Assembly (NCBI GenBank): GCA_037443545.1
Contig: JBBIOD010000007.1
Location: 5,623-62,828 of the forward strand
Origin: Ignavibacteriales bacterium
GTDB taxonomy: Bacteria; Bacteroidota; Ignavibacteria; UBA10030; BY39
Length of the DNA stretch: 57,206 bases
Reading direction: 5' to 3'
Position 1 is the stretch's first letter, and every line of letters starts with the position of its first letter. The position numbers and the translations under genes were made by a program. Below, one piece after another: positions 9,777 through 19,451 of the stretch. The notes beneath the pieces are model-generated. The model ran no database searches. It was not told where the DNA came from and worked only from the letters and a program-made list of their open reading frames with translations.

Positions 9777-10445
9777 ATGCTACAAAATATTTTTATACTA
9801 CTATTATTATGGTCGGCAATACATGATAGTAAAATGGAGAAGAATATGAACAATCAGGCATTTACCCTGCTTCCAAAGCCACAAACTACCGGAAAAATCT
9901 CGCTCGAAGAAACTATTAACAAACGTCGCACGGTTCGTTCGTTCAGTCATAAACCAATTTTATTAGCTGAATTAAGTCAGCTATTATGGGCGGCCCAGGG
10001 GGTAAATTCGCCGGAAGGTTTTCGAACGGCACCTTCTGCGGGCGCACTCTATCCGCTCGAAGTTTTTGTAGTAGCCGGAAATGTAAGCGGACTTGAATCA
10101 GGAATTTACAGGTACAAGCCGCAAAATCATTCTTTAACAAAAATTATGTCGGGTGAAAAGCAAAAAGATTTAGCAAGTGCAGCGCTGGGTCAACAACAAA
10201 TTGAAACTGCCGCAGCAAATATAATATTAACTGCGATTGTAAAGCGAACCTCATCAAAATACGGCAACAGGGCAGAGCGGTACGTTAATATGGAAGTTGG
10301 GCACGCAGCACAAAATATTTTGCTTCAAGTTCAGAGTTTAGGTTTAGGCGCCTGCCCGATTGGGGCTTTTAATGACGAGAAAGTTAAGAAGCTGCTACAG
10401 CTAAAAGAAGAAGAGCCGCTCTATATTCTTACAATCGGAAAGTGA
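9777..10445 (+). CDS. SagB/ThcOx-type nitroreductase-family protein with a hydrophobic N-terminus
   Basis: Motifs RRTVRSF, PSAGALYP and EVGHAAQNILLQ..LGLGACPIGAF fit the nitroreductase/SagB fold. I prefer the ATG at 9777, which has GGAGG at 9767-9771, over the TTG at 9750 used in the ORF track. Confidence 0.7.
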   Translation: MLQNIFILLLLWSAIHDSKMEKNMNNQAFTLLPKPQTTGKISLEETINKRRTVRSFSHKPILLAELSQLLWAAQGVNSPEGFRTAPSAGALYPLEVFVVAGNVSGLESGIYRYKPQNHSLTKIMSGEKQKDLASAALGQQQIETAAANIILTAIVKRTSSKYGNRAERYVNMEVGHAAQNILLQVQSLGLGACPIGAFNDEKVKKLLQLKEEEPLYILTIGK

Positions 10446-10448
10446 ATT

Positions 10449-11246
10449 TTAATTTTTAGGGAATTCGTTGAGGGTATCGACCTCGAAATCGAAGTCGGGC
10501 AGGTCTTCAATGATTTCGTGAAAGTATGCCATCCGGATAAATTCTGTTAAGCCGGCTTTTGCTTTCTCATCGAGCTTGTATGAAAATGAGGAAAGGAACT
10601 CAACAACTTCTTCTTTATTTCGTTGTGGAAGATGGGAAGCAATTTCATTGAGATGTGTTAAACCATAATCAGCGGAGGTTTGTAGAATATTAATGTCGTC
10701 TTGCGATAATATTTCTTTTTGACTTATCCATAAACCGTGGACATAGGGCAGTTCAGTCAAGTCGAACCATTCATCAACGAGGTCGAGTTTATTTTTATGG
10801 TCGAAGAGTTCGAGGTTGTAATCGCCAACAATAAGTGCAGCATCGGCTTTAAGAAGCATCCCATCGAGGTTCGATTTGGTAGGAATAAAGGTAGGTATCG
10901 TGGAATATTTTTCTTTCATCACAAGTTTTGCAAGCACCATCCCAGACACATCCAACAAGTCGGTAGCAATCGTTTTGATTTCTTTCAGTCCCTCTTTGAA
11001 ATACAAACAGACTACATTACTAAAACGCTCGGAAGCGATGCAAACGTTGGGAACGATAGAATAAATATCGTGGTTGCGGGCAAATGTGATAGAAGATAAA
11101 AAAGCTGCGTCGAGTTTACCCTCGCGCAGCATTTTTGAAAGTTGGAATTCAAAATCGGTTATCAGGTTCACCGTTTTGGGTTTCTCTTTCAAACTTTGAA
11201 AGAGAGGCGCCGCATAAAGGTCGGCGATGATACCTAAATTTTTCAC
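10449..11246 (-). CDS. mqnA: Chorismate dehydratase MqnA-like (futalosine menaquinone pathway; MqnA/MqnD/SBP fold)
   Basis: 265 aa with an N-terminus reading [10 protein letters not shown]...[11 protein letters not shown], typical of MqnA-like periplasmic-binding-fold enzymes. The GTG start overlaps the rplS stop (GTGA). Confidence 0.65.
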   Translation of the reverse strand: MKNLGIIADLYAAPLFQSLKEKPKTVNLITDFEFQLSKMLREGKLDAAFLSSITFARNHDIYSIVPNVCIASERFSNVVCLYFKEGLKEIKTIATDLLDVSGMVLAKLVMKEKYSTIPTFIPTKSNLDGMLLKADAALIVGDYNLELFDHKNKLDLVDEWFDLTELPYVHGLWISQKEILSQDDINILQTSADYGLTHLNEIASHLPQRNKEEVVEFLSSFSYKLDEKAKAGLTEFIRMAYFHEIIEDLPDFDFEVDTLNEFPKN

Positions 11247-11584
11247 GCAGAAGTTTTTTGCCTGATTTGTTTTGCGGCAAGTTTTCGCAGGTAGTATAAT
11301 TTTGCGCGTCGGACTCTGCCTTTTTTCATAATTTCGATTTTTGCAATTCGCGGTGAGTGTATTGGGAAAATACGCTCAACACCGACACCGTCGGAGACTT
11401 TACGCACAGTGAATGTGGCGCCCATACCGCTGCCACGTTGGCCCAATACAACTCCTTGGAATTGTTGTATGCGTTCTTTTTCGCCTTCGATAACGCGAAC
11501 GTGAACGTTAAGAATATCGCCCGGTTTGAATTGGGGAATATTGGTTTTAATTTGAGTAGCTTCTACTAATTTTATTTTGTCCAT
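11243..11584 (-). CDS. rplS: 50S ribosomal protein L19
   Basis: [33 protein letters not shown]...RKLAAK is a canonical L19 sequence. Confidence 0.97.
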   Translation of the reverse strand: MDKIKLVEATQIKTNIPQFKPGDILNVHVRVIEGEKERIQQFQGVVLGQRGSGMGATFTVRKVSDGVGVERIFPIHSPRIAKIEIMKKGRVRRAKLYYLRKLAAKQIRQKTSA

Positions 11585-11613
11585 ATCAAAATCCAGTATT
11601 TAGTTTATAATTA

Positions 11614-12288
11614 CTATTTTAACAAATCAGGGCGGCGTTCTTTCGTGCGCTTTAACCGTTGCTGGTTACGCCATGCTGCTATTTTTTTATGATCGCCGGA
11701 GAGCAAAACTTCCGGCACTTTTAAACCCCGGTACTCCGGCGGTCGTGTATAATTAGGTGCATCTAAAAGTCCATCTTGAAACGAGTCGGTTAACAACGAT
11801 TCGCCGTCGCTGATGATTCCGGGAATTAACCTCACGACTGCATCAACAACAACAAGTGCCGCCAATTCGCCACCTGTTAAAACATAACCGCCGATCGATA
11901 TTTCGCGTGTAACAAGCGATTCACGAACTCTCTCGTCGATTCCTTTATAATGCCCGCATATCAAGATGATATTTTTTTTTAGAGAAAGTTCATTCGCGAT
12001 TTGCTGACTGAACTGTTCTCCGTCGGCGGTTAAATAAATTATTTCGTCGTAATTTCGCTTCTTCGCCAGTCTTTCGACGCACTCGAAAATTGGTTCGGGT
12101 TTTAGTATCATACCCGCACCACCTCCGTAAGGTGTATCGTCGATGATCTTATGTTTATCGTGTGCAAACTTACGCAAGTCGTGTATAAGAATCTGAACTT
12201 TTTTACTCTTCTTGGCCCGTTTAAGAATGCTGTTATTTAAAGGGCTTGAAAGAATTTTAGGCAACCCGCTAACGATATCGATTCTCAT
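11614..12288 (-). CDS. trmD: tRNA (guanine37-N1)-methyltransferase
   Basis: MRIDIVSGLPKIL...YGGGAGMILKPEPI...ICGHYKGIDERV...GGELAALVVVDAVVRLIPG matches TrmD. Confidence 0.97.
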   Translation of the reverse strand: MRIDIVSGLPKILSSPLNNSILKRAKKSKKVQILIHDLRKFAHDKHKIIDDTPYGGGAGMILKPEPIFECVERLAKKRNYDEIIYLTADGEQFSQQIANELSLKKNIILICGHYKGIDERVRESLVTREISIGGYVLTGGELAALVVVDAVVRLIPGIISDGESLLTDSFQDGLLDAPNYTRPPEYRGLKVPEVLLSGDHKKIAAWRNQQRLKRTKERRPDLLK

Positions 12289-12303
12289 TACAATAAATGA
12301 AAA

Positions 12304-12819
12304 CTATTTTTCAGGTAAAAACGGGTCGGCGTTCTGAACAACGACTTTCTTCTTTTTTACATCTACGCTTTTTATGAATGCGGGTAATACGGGAATCCAA
12401 ATTTCCGGATCGCCTTCTACGACCCAAATGTCCTGTGAAAAACCTTCTCGTTTACGATGGACGTCATATATTTTACCTAATTTTTTCCGTCCATAAGTTA
12501 CAATACAACCAACGATATCGTGGATGTAATAATGTCCTTCGGGAGGATGTACTGAATTTTTTTCGTCAACGAACAGAACCTGATTGTTTAAAGTTTTGGC
12601 TTGTTCTCGTTTGGTAATTTCGCGAAGTCGTATAATAATCCCGTCCCGATTGAACCTTATATCGGACATTTTATAAGGGACGACTTCTTTTTCGCTTGGG
12701 CCTATATAAACTTGCAGGAGAGTTAAAAGACGTTTACGATTTTCGATGAACGGTTTGAATTTAAACTGGCCTCGAATACCGTAAGTTTTTCCAACTTTTC
12801 CTAATGCATAAAGTGTCAT
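12304..12819 (-). CDS. rimM: 16S rRNA processing protein RimM
   Basis: LGKVGKTYGIRGQFKF at the N-terminus, a PRC-barrel C-terminus, and the conserved position between the KH protein and trmD. Confidence 0.9.
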   Translation of the reverse strand: MTLYALGKVGKTYGIRGQFKFKPFIENRKRLLTLLQVYIGPSEKEVVPYKMSDIRFNRDGIIIRLREITKREQAKTLNNQVLFVDEKNSVHPPEGHYYIHDIVGCIVTYGRKKLGKIYDVHRKREGFSQDIWVVEGDPEIWIPVLPAFIKSVDVKKKKVVVQNADPFLPEK

Positions 12820-12901
12820 TGGTTTGATAATAAATATGTTTCAAAAAATAAATCTTATCCGACAAATCTGAAATTTATAGGATAGATGAGCTGTTAAATA
12901 A

Positions 12902-13132
12902 TTAATCGACTATTTCAAGAATTACCCGTTTACCTTCTTTAGCGCTGACGGCGCTTAAGAGAGTGCGCATAGCTTGAGCAGTTTTTCCTTGTTTGCCGAT
13001 AACTTTACCGATGTCGCTTTCACCCACTTTTAGTTTGAAAACAGTTTTGCTTTCTCTCAGTTCTTCGGTGATAGAAACTTCTTCCGGTTTATCGACAAGA
13101 TTTTTTGCGATGAATTCGATGAATTCCTTCAT
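12902..13132 (-). CDS. KH domain RNA-binding protein (YlqC/UPF0109 family)
   Basis: 76 aa containing VGKVIGKQGKTAQAMRTLL (GXXG KH motif). It sits in the conserved rpsP-KH-rimM position. Confidence 0.85.
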   Translation of the reverse strand: MKEFIEFIAKNLVDKPEEVSITEELRESKTVFKLKVGESDIGKVIGKQGKTAQAMRTLLSAVSAKEGKRVILEIVD

Positions 13133-13263
13133 GATTAGCTCCTTTAAACAATTATGAGTGCAACATTTATTTCAAGATTCCGCTTTGCAAAATGCGAGCG
13201 TTGTGATTTATTAAACTTTTTGATTATCATCGTCCTGCATCGAGTCGGAACACGAATCAATGC

Positions 13264-13683
13264 TTACGGAGTAGCTGTTGAGCTCGCGGCAATCTCGCCG
13301 GCTGTTTTCTTTTTATGGGCAGCTTTAACGCGAAGTTTTCTTTCGGCTTTGCGACGTTCTTTCTCGGTTTTGACCATCAGGAATTTACTCATCTCATCAG
13401 CTATCGTTGCTTCGTCAGCATTTTTTTTAATTAATCGCCACTTTAACATCAAGCCTTCGCGTTTTATTAAACTGTGTACAGTGTCTGTGGGCTGCGCACC
13501 ACGTTTCAACCACTTGAACAAAACAGTCTCTTTTATTTGTACGTTCGATGGTGTAGAACGGGGATCGTATATCCCTACTGCTTCAAGAAAACGTCCATCA
13601 CGGGGTGCTTTCGAATCGGCAGCAACAATTTTATAAATCGGCTGCTTTTTCTTTCCCATGCGGGCTAATCGTATTTTGACCAA
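13264..13683 (-). CDS. rpsP: 30S ribosomal protein S16 with a Lys-rich C-terminal extension
   Basis: (M)VKIRLARMGKKKQPIYKIVAADSKAPRDGRFLE is canonical S16. The start is TTG, with AGGAG 8 nt upstream. About 50 extra basic residues sit at the C-terminus. Confidence 0.95.
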   Translation of the reverse strand: MVKIRLARMGKKKQPIYKIVAADSKAPRDGRFLEAVGIYDPRSTPSNVQIKETVLFKWLKRGAQPTDTVHSLIKREGLMLKWRLIKKNADEATIADEMSKFLMVKTEKERRKAERKLRVKAAHKKKTAGEIAASSTATP

Positions 13684-13740
13684 CTTTAGACTCCTATTAG
13701 TTTTATGTTAATATATAAAAAAAAAATAAATTTTGCATTA

Positions 13741-15072
13741 TTATGCAGTAGGCAGCTTTAAACCGCGAAAATGTTTCGGCATTTTACCCCTCGAAAACAT
13801 CTTCATCATCTTCTGCATTTCAAAAAATTGTTTCATAACTCTATTTACTTCTTGCACCGATGTGCCGCTGCCATTAGCTATCCGGCGCCTTCGGGTTCCG
13901 TTGATAAGGTTCGGGTTCGAACGTTCATTTTTTGTCATCGAATGTATTATCGCTTCAACTCTTACAAGCGATTTATTGTCAATTTCAGCATTAGCCGGGA
14001 GTTTGTTTAAACCCGGAATCATGTTCAACACCTGAGATATCGGACCCATCTTCTTCACTTCCTGAAGTTGTTCTAAAAAATCTTCGAGCGTGAACTGCGA
14101 CTTTCGTAACCGCTCCTCTAACTTCTGGGCTTTGTCTTGGTCGTATTCAAGTTGCGCTTTTTCTACGAACGTAACTATATCGCCCATACCGAGGATGCGC
14201 GATGCCATCCGGTCGGGATGGAACGGTTCAAGTGCATCTAATTTTTCGCCTACTCCAACAAACTTAATCGGTTTGTTTACCACCGAGCGAATCGAAAGAG
14301 CCGCGCCACCTCGTGTATCGCCATCTAATTTTGTGATAACAACACCATCGAAATTCAATCGATCGTGAAACGCTTTCGCCGTGTTCACTGCATCCTGACC
14401 GGTCATCGAATCGACAACAAAGAGAATTTCATTCGGATTCACACGCGACTTGATAGTTTCAACTTCCTTCATCATCTCATTGTCGATGTGAAGTCTGCCG
14501 GCTGTATCGACGATAACAACATCGCGTGCCGATTTACGTGCATGGTCAATTGAATCGACTGCAATTTCAACTGCATTTTTATTCCTGTCGTAATGAACGG
14601 GAATATCGATTTGCTTTCCTAACATCAGCAATTGATCGATAGCAGCGGGGCGGTAAATATCGGCTGCTGCAAGCATCGGAAAGTTTCCTTTCCTTTTTAA
14701 ATGATTTGCAAGCTTGGCGCAAAATGTAGTTTTACCTGACCCTTGAAGTCCGGCTACCATTATCACAGTTGGCGGCATTACAGCATATTTTATATCCTGC
14801 CGCGTTTCACCTAATAATTTTACCAACTCATCGTGGATAATTTTTATTATTAGCTGTCCGGGGTTTATGCTCGCAATAACTTCCTGACCGAGAGCCCGCT
14901 TCTGAACATCTTCGGCGAATTGTTTAACGACTTTGTAATTAACATCGGAATCGAGCAAGACACGACGGACTTCTCGCATCGAATCGGCGATGTTAGTTTC
15001 CGAAATTTTTCCGAAGCCGCGGAGTTTTTTAAAAACCGACTCTAATTTTAGTGTTAAATCATCAAACATCAA
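13741..15072 (-). CDS. ffh: Signal recognition particle protein Ffh
   Basis: The NG domain shows GLQGSGKTT, DTAGR and TKLDGD. The Met-rich M domain reads FFEMQKMMKMF. Confidence 0.97.
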   Translation of the reverse strand: MMFDDLTLKLESVFKKLRGFGKISETNIADSMREVRRVLLDSDVNYKVVKQFAEDVQKRALGQEVIASINPGQLIIKIIHDELVKLLGETRQDIKYAVMPPTVIMVAGLQGSGKTTFCAKLANHLKRKGNFPMLAAADIYRPAAIDQLLMLGKQIDIPVHYDRNKNAVEIAVDSIDHARKSARDVVIVDTAGRLHIDNEMMKEVETIKSRVNPNEILFVVDSMTGQDAVNTAKAFHDRLNFDGVVITKLDGDTRGGAALSIRSVVNKPIKFVGVGEKLDALEPFHPDRMASRILGMGDIVTFVEKAQLEYDQDKAQKLEERLRKSQFTLEDFLEQLQEVKKMGPISQVLNMIPGLNKLPANAEIDNKSLVRVEAIIHSMTKNERSNPNLINGTRRRRIANGSGTSVQEVNRVMKQFFEMQKMMKMFSRGKMPKHFRGLKLPTA

Positions 15073-15087
15073 TACAGCTCAAATAGT

Positions 15088-15114
15088 AAAAAAAGCCAGG
15101 CTTTTTAACCTGGC
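15088..15114 (-). terminator. Rho-independent terminator candidate downstream of the GT2 gene
   Basis: On the minus strand, GCCAGG - 8-nt loop - CCTGGC is followed directly by T7. It lies 53 nt after the stop at 15167. Confidence 0.6.
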
Positions 15115-15166
15115 AACATTATAAGTGGGTTAAATCTACAAAAAAAAGTAGTTTGATGCAAACAAT

Positions 15167-15832
15167 TTACAAATTTAATTTATTTAACAAATAATTAACT
15201 TTTCCGCGTATACCCAAGCCATATCCATATTTCGAGGCGGTGCCTCTTCCTTTATGGAAAATAAATTTGTGAATATCGAATTCAATCAAGCCGAAATTCC
15301 GCTTTGCGGCTTCTTTCATATTGGTCAAACAAGGTGCGCCGTGCAATTGAAACGGGGGGAGTGCATTATACAACGTTTTACGAACGAGCATGCATATCGG
15401 TCTAATGTATCGAATGCCGTTTTGGTTAGGCTTTACAAGAAAACCCCGTTCGTTTAGAAATTCCGTTTTCCCGACTGCATAATGTTGACTATCCTGTTCG
15501 ATTAACTCAACCATCGCTTCGATAAAACCGCCACGCTGCACTTCACAGTCGGAATCAAAAAATAAAACTAGTTCGCCGCTGCTTAAAGTTATTGCCTGAT
15601 GCATTGCGGGTCCGTGGTGGATGTTGGTTTTGTTCAGGACTAATTTTGTTGTGGCAGTTTGAGTGCTTTGGATCTCTTTTAAAACTTTTACCGACTCGTC
15701 TTGTGAACCATTGTCGACGAGGATTAAATGCACATCAGGATAAAATTTCCGGAACGACGTTATCGCAAGTTGGGTTAAATCCGAAGTTTGATAATTGATT
15801 ATGACTACAGTTACAATATTGCTGATATCCAT
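15167..15832 (-). CDS. Glycosyltransferase family 2 (soluble, 221 aa)
   Basis: VVIINYQT...ILVDNGSQDES...FFDSDCE shows a GT-A fold with a DxD-like motif. Confidence 0.8.
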   Translation of the reverse strand: MDISNIVTVVIINYQTSDLTQLAITSFRKFYPDVHLILVDNGSQDESVKVLKEIQSTQTATTKLVLNKTNIHHGPAMHQAITLSSGELVLFFDSDCEVQRGGFIEAMVELIEQDSQHYAVGKTEFLNERGFLVKPNQNGIRYIRPICMLVRKTLYNALPPFQLHGAPCLTNMKEAAKRNFGLIEFDIHKFIFHKGRGTASKYGYGLGIRGKVNYLLNKLNL

Positions 15833-15839
15833 AGTGAAA

Positions 15840-18062
15840 CTATTTTTTCACTACGACAATTTTTCCGAGTCCTACCTCTGAACCATCGTCGTTATATGCA
15901 ACCACGATATATATTCCTGTCGAAACAAGTTCGCCGTTCGAATTTCTTCCATCCCAAACGCCAACCCTTCCCCCCGGTGTTGATAATTCTCTTAATAGTT
16001 TTCCGTCGATTGTTAAGATTTTTATTGAAGAATTGGCAACTAACCCATCGAAGGTAACCACAGCTGATGATGGAATCTCAAACGGATTTGGTGAAATAAT
16101 AATCTGTTTCATCGTTTGAACGGGTGTAGCTGCTGCAGTCTGCAATGCCGACATCCCTTTTTCAGTTCCGAAGTATACTGTTCCGTGTTTTTTGTTCATT
16201 GCGAGTGATTGCACATTGTTATCGAGCAGTTTGCCGTTTGTCGATTCGAATGTGTATTGAGCATTAATTGAAGTTCCGTCTTGATTCAGGACAAAAACTC
16301 CTTGAGGAGTTGCAACCCATTTTTGGTTGGTTGGGTCAACGAGTATGTCGTTTATTTTTTGACCTCGGAGTGGATTGTAAGGAGCAATTCGATTGAGCGG
16401 ATTTCGTGCATCGTAAATAATATTTATTCCGGCATCGGTAGTGCCAGCCCAAATTTCGCCGTCGTTATCTACCGCGACAACGGAGATATTTTCGCTCGAT
16501 AAACCATTTGCTTTTGAAATTTTACCCCAGTTCTCGTTGGGAAGAGTGCCACGAACTACGCCCGAGTCGCAGTAAAAAAACAATCCGCCTCCGTTACTTC
16601 CAGTATATAACCATTTCGTTCGATTCTGGTCGATTGTAATTCCGGTAGAGATGAATGATGACAAAGCGGAGGGTTTTTTAATATACGAAAATGTTGAATC
16701 TGTTCGATATACTGCTAGAAGTGTATCGCCTCGCCCTGTTCGAACATTAATCCAGGCATTTCCCTCCAGATCCGTTGCGACTCCTGCAATAACCACATAG
16801 GTAGGAGCGATTGAAGGGGGTAAACCGTTCGTGCTATTAAAAACTTTTATTATTTGGTTATCGCCCCCTAATAACGCAACGCCTTGCCCCCAGCCGCTTA
16901 TCCATTTGCTGTTCTTATAACCTATATCCACACGGTAATAATTGGGGCTAAATAATTCGTGGAATTTTTCGGGATGATAATGATGCCAAATTTTACCATC
17001 AAACCGGACGAACCCTTGTCCGTTTCCAGTACCTGTTCCAGCCCAAACATCGTTTTGATCGTCGACTGCTATACCGATTAGATTATTAGTAGGGGGCCCG
17101 GGAGGAGTAATATTTTTTTGTAAGCTATTTTGTAAAAGTTGAACCCCGTTATTTGTAGTTCCGATAAATATTTGCGTGTCGTTAACAATTAATGAAGTTA
17201 GTAACGACGGGAATTGATTTTCGATTAGAGTAACAACGTCGTTACTGAATTTATATAATTCGTTTTGTGTGATAAAATATAAACCGTCAACTGCTGAAAA
17301 AGCTGATAGTATATTTTTGCCTATCGTATTGTTTACCGGAAGCCAGGTATTATTTTCGCGAAAGCTTAATCCGTTTGAGGTGGTTGCAAAAATTTTGCCG
17401 TCGTGCAGTAAAACAGCACTGGCTCGGTTGGCAGGAAGTCCTTGTGGAGTTTTGTAAACAGACCACGATTGTGGTGCAGCTAAATTGGGATGGCGCCGCC
17501 AAGCCGACACCACACCATCGTTTGTGGCAACCCATAAAGTATCATTGTAAATCAGAACATCATTAACTTTACCAATAATCTGATCCGTCAAGCCGAACTT
17601 TGTGTATGAATCGCCGAACTCGCTCTTTCGAATTGATAAAACATGAACTCCGATAGGTGTACAAATAAATAACGAGTCGCCGTATACCGAAAAATTATTA
17701 ATTCTCTTTTCAGTAGCATTTGTGAAGTAAATATCGTTATAGTAAACCCACTTTGATTTTTGAGGATTGAAAACATTGATATAACCGTTTGAAGATCCAA
17801 TCCATATCGAACCCGATTGGTCGGCAATGATTGAAGTGATATCCGTGTTTTTTAATCCGTCGAGAGTAGTAAATATTTTATAGCTGCTGTCGGTAAAATT
17901 GTAAGCGAACACACCTCCGCTCGTTGCAGCCCAAATCGATTTGTTTTGTTTGAATATCGAACGGATTTGTTTATGCGATGTATAGGTTTTCCAATCGCCG
18001 ATACCCCCGAAGCTGGAAATTGTAAAACTCAAAGTTAAAAATAGGTGAAAGAAAAGTTGCAC
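15840..18062 (-). CDS. Secreted beta-propeller (Reg_prop-like repeats) protein with a T9SS/FlgD-Ig-like C-terminal sorting domain
   Basis: GTG start and signal peptide (M)QLFFHLFLTLSFTISSFG. W(I/V)(G/A)T..G(V/L) propeller repeats run throughout. The C-terminal roughly 85 aa reads ISPNPFEI...IKILTIDGKLLREL...VWDGRNSNGELVSTGIYIVVA...KIVVVKK. Confidence 0.8.
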   Translation of the reverse strand: MQLFFHLFLTLSFTISSFGGIGDWKTYTSHKQIRSIFKQNKSIWAATSGGVFAYNFTDSSYKIFTTLDGLKNTDITSIIADQSGSIWIGSSNGYINVFNPQKSKWVYYNDIYFTNATEKRINNFSVYGDSLFICTPIGVHVLSIRKSEFGDSYTKFGLTDQIIGKVNDVLIYNDTLWVATNDGVVSAWRRHPNLAAPQSWSVYKTPQGLPANRASAVLLHDGKIFATTSNGLSFRENNTWLPVNNTIGKNILSAFSAVDGLYFITQNELYKFSNDVVTLIENQFPSLLTSLIVNDTQIFIGTTNNGVQLLQNSLQKNITPPGPPTNNLIGIAVDDQNDVWAGTGTGNGQGFVRFDGKIWHHYHPEKFHELFSPNYYRVDIGYKNSKWISGWGQGVALLGGDNQIIKVFNSTNGLPPSIAPTYVVIAGVATDLEGNAWINVRTGRGDTLLAVYRTDSTFSYIKKPSALSSFISTGITIDQNRTKWLYTGSNGGGLFFYCDSGVVRGTLPNENWGKISKANGLSSENISVVAVDNDGEIWAGTTDAGINIIYDARNPLNRIAPYNPLRGQKINDILVDPTNQKWVATPQGVFVLNQDGTSINAQYTFESTNGKLLDNNVQSLAMNKKHGTVYFGTEKGMSALQTAAATPVQTMKQIIISPNPFEIPSSAVVTFDGLVANSSIKILTIDGKLLRELSTPGGRVGVWDGRNSNGELVSTGIYIVVAYNDDGSEVGLGKIVVVKK

Positions 18063-18081
18063 TTCTTTGATAGCCTATAGA

Positions 18082-18558
18082 TTATTTTCTTTTTTTATTT
18101 AACGATTTAAATAAATTGATAAGTTCAATTGCACTTAAAGCGGCATCCCAACCTTTATTTCCGCTTTTTGTACCAGCCCGCTCGATTGCTTGTTCTAAAT
18201 TGTCGGCGGTAAGCACTCCTAATGTAACAGGAATCTCGGAGTTTAACCCGATGTGCGCCACCCCTTTCGTAACCTCGGCTGCTATGTAATCGAAATGGGG
18301 TGTTTCACCACGGATTACACAACCAAGACAAACAACTGCGTCGTACTTGCCCGAATTTATAATCTGTTGTGTTGTTTGCGGAATTTCAAAAGCGCCCGGG
18401 CAATAAATTACCGAAATGTTTTCGGTATCCGCTTCGTGACGCTCCAAACAATCTATTGCGCCGTCTAACAACCGTTTGGTTATAAAATCGTTGAACCTAC
18501 TTACTATTAAGGCAATCTTGAGTCCTTTTGCCGTTAAATTACCACTTAATATTTGCAT
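18082..18558 (-). CDS. ribH: 6,7-dimethyl-8-ribityllumazine synthase
   Basis: [17 protein letters not shown]...VPGAFEIP...[22 protein letters not shown] matches RibH. Confidence 0.95.
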   Translation of the reverse strand: MQILSGNLTAKGLKIALIVSRFNDFITKRLLDGAIDCLERHEADTENISVIYCPGAFEIPQTTQQIINSGKYDAVVCLGCVIRGETPHFDYIAAEVTKGVAHIGLNSEIPVTLGVLTADNLEQAIERAGTKSGNKGWDAALSAIELINLFKSLNKKRK

Positions 18559-18583
18559 TGTTTTATTACCTTTAAATTTTTAT

Positions 18584-19429
18584 CTAATACAAAAATAATC
18601 GTCGCTTCATTGCACTTACAAATTTGTAGGGTATCGTGTATTTCCCGAGGGCATCCTCATCGTCGCGTAAGCCGCCGTGGAAATCCGACCCGCCGCTCTC
18701 TAAAAGAAAATATGTGTGAGCAATCTTTTTTAAAGATTCGGTAGTTTGAGGACTATGACCCGGATGCACTGTCTCGATACCATCGATTTCCGTATTGATC
18801 AGTTCTGAGATAGCATCCTCACCCAAATAACAACCGGGGTGTGCTATAAATGACACGCCGCCGCATTTGTTGATAAGCGAAATTGCTTGCTTCGGCGAAA
18901 AACTATATTTAGCTTCATAAGCAGGACCGCCGTTCTTGATGTACTGATTAAATGCTTCTTGATAACTGCTAACGAAACCATTCTCGACCATCGCATTTGC
19001 AATGTGTGGGCGTCCTAATACCGCATTTTGTGCCTGCGCTAAAACTGATTCATAATCTAATGGAACTTTCAGTTTGTGCAAATTATCGATGATACGTTTT
19101 GCTCGTTTCAAGCGTTCCTCTCTGAAAATAGTCAAGTGTTCAAGCAAATTTTCATTTTTATGATCTATAAAGTAACCTATAATATGAACTTCAATATCAC
19201 CGAGTATCGAACTTAACTCGATACCCGGTATAACTTCGATATCCATTTTTTTTCCTAAACTTACAGCTTCATCGATACCGTTTATTGTGTCATGGTCAAC
19301 TATACTAATACATTTCAAGCCGACTTTATTTACTTTCTCCAGCAATTGTACGGTTGTAAATTTACCATCGGAATGTGATGTGTGCAAATGTAAATCGCTG
19401 TTTGGTTCAGATAAAACCGTATTGTTCAT
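18584..19429 (-). CDS. PHP-domain metal-dependent phosphoesterase
   Basis: The DLHLHTSHSDG motif, plus later SIVDHD and HPG motifs. I prefer the ATG at 19429 (G-rich SD upstream); the ORF track starts at the TTG at 19444. Confidence 0.85.
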   Translation of the reverse strand: MNNTVLSEPNSDLHLHTSHSDGKFTTVQLLEKVNKVGLKCISIVDHDTINGIDEAVSLGKKMDIEVIPGIELSSILGDIEVHIIGYFIDHKNENLLEHLTIFREERLKRAKRIIDNLHKLKVPLDYESVLAQAQNAVLGRPHIANAMVENGFVSSYQEAFNQYIKNGGPAYEAKYSFSPKQAISLINKCGGVSFIAHPGCYLGEDAISELINTEIDGIETVHPGHSPQTTESLKKIAHTYFLLESGGSDFHGGLRDDEDALGKYTIPYKFVSAMKRRLFLY

Positions 19430-19451
19430 TTTCCCCCCGTTCAATAAATTT

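Noticed and set aside
13154-13636. A 160-aa plus-strand ORF, and similar long ORFs at 3140-3583, 19639-20154, 43674-44105 and 21175-21570.
   Set aside because: Each lies entirely antisense to, or out of frame within, a confidently identified gene (rpsP, the sensor kinase, crp, asmA, the M48 peptidase). Their translations are low-complexity Ser/Phe/Ile-rich strings without recognisable motifs. These are shadow ORFs of AT-rich coding DNA.
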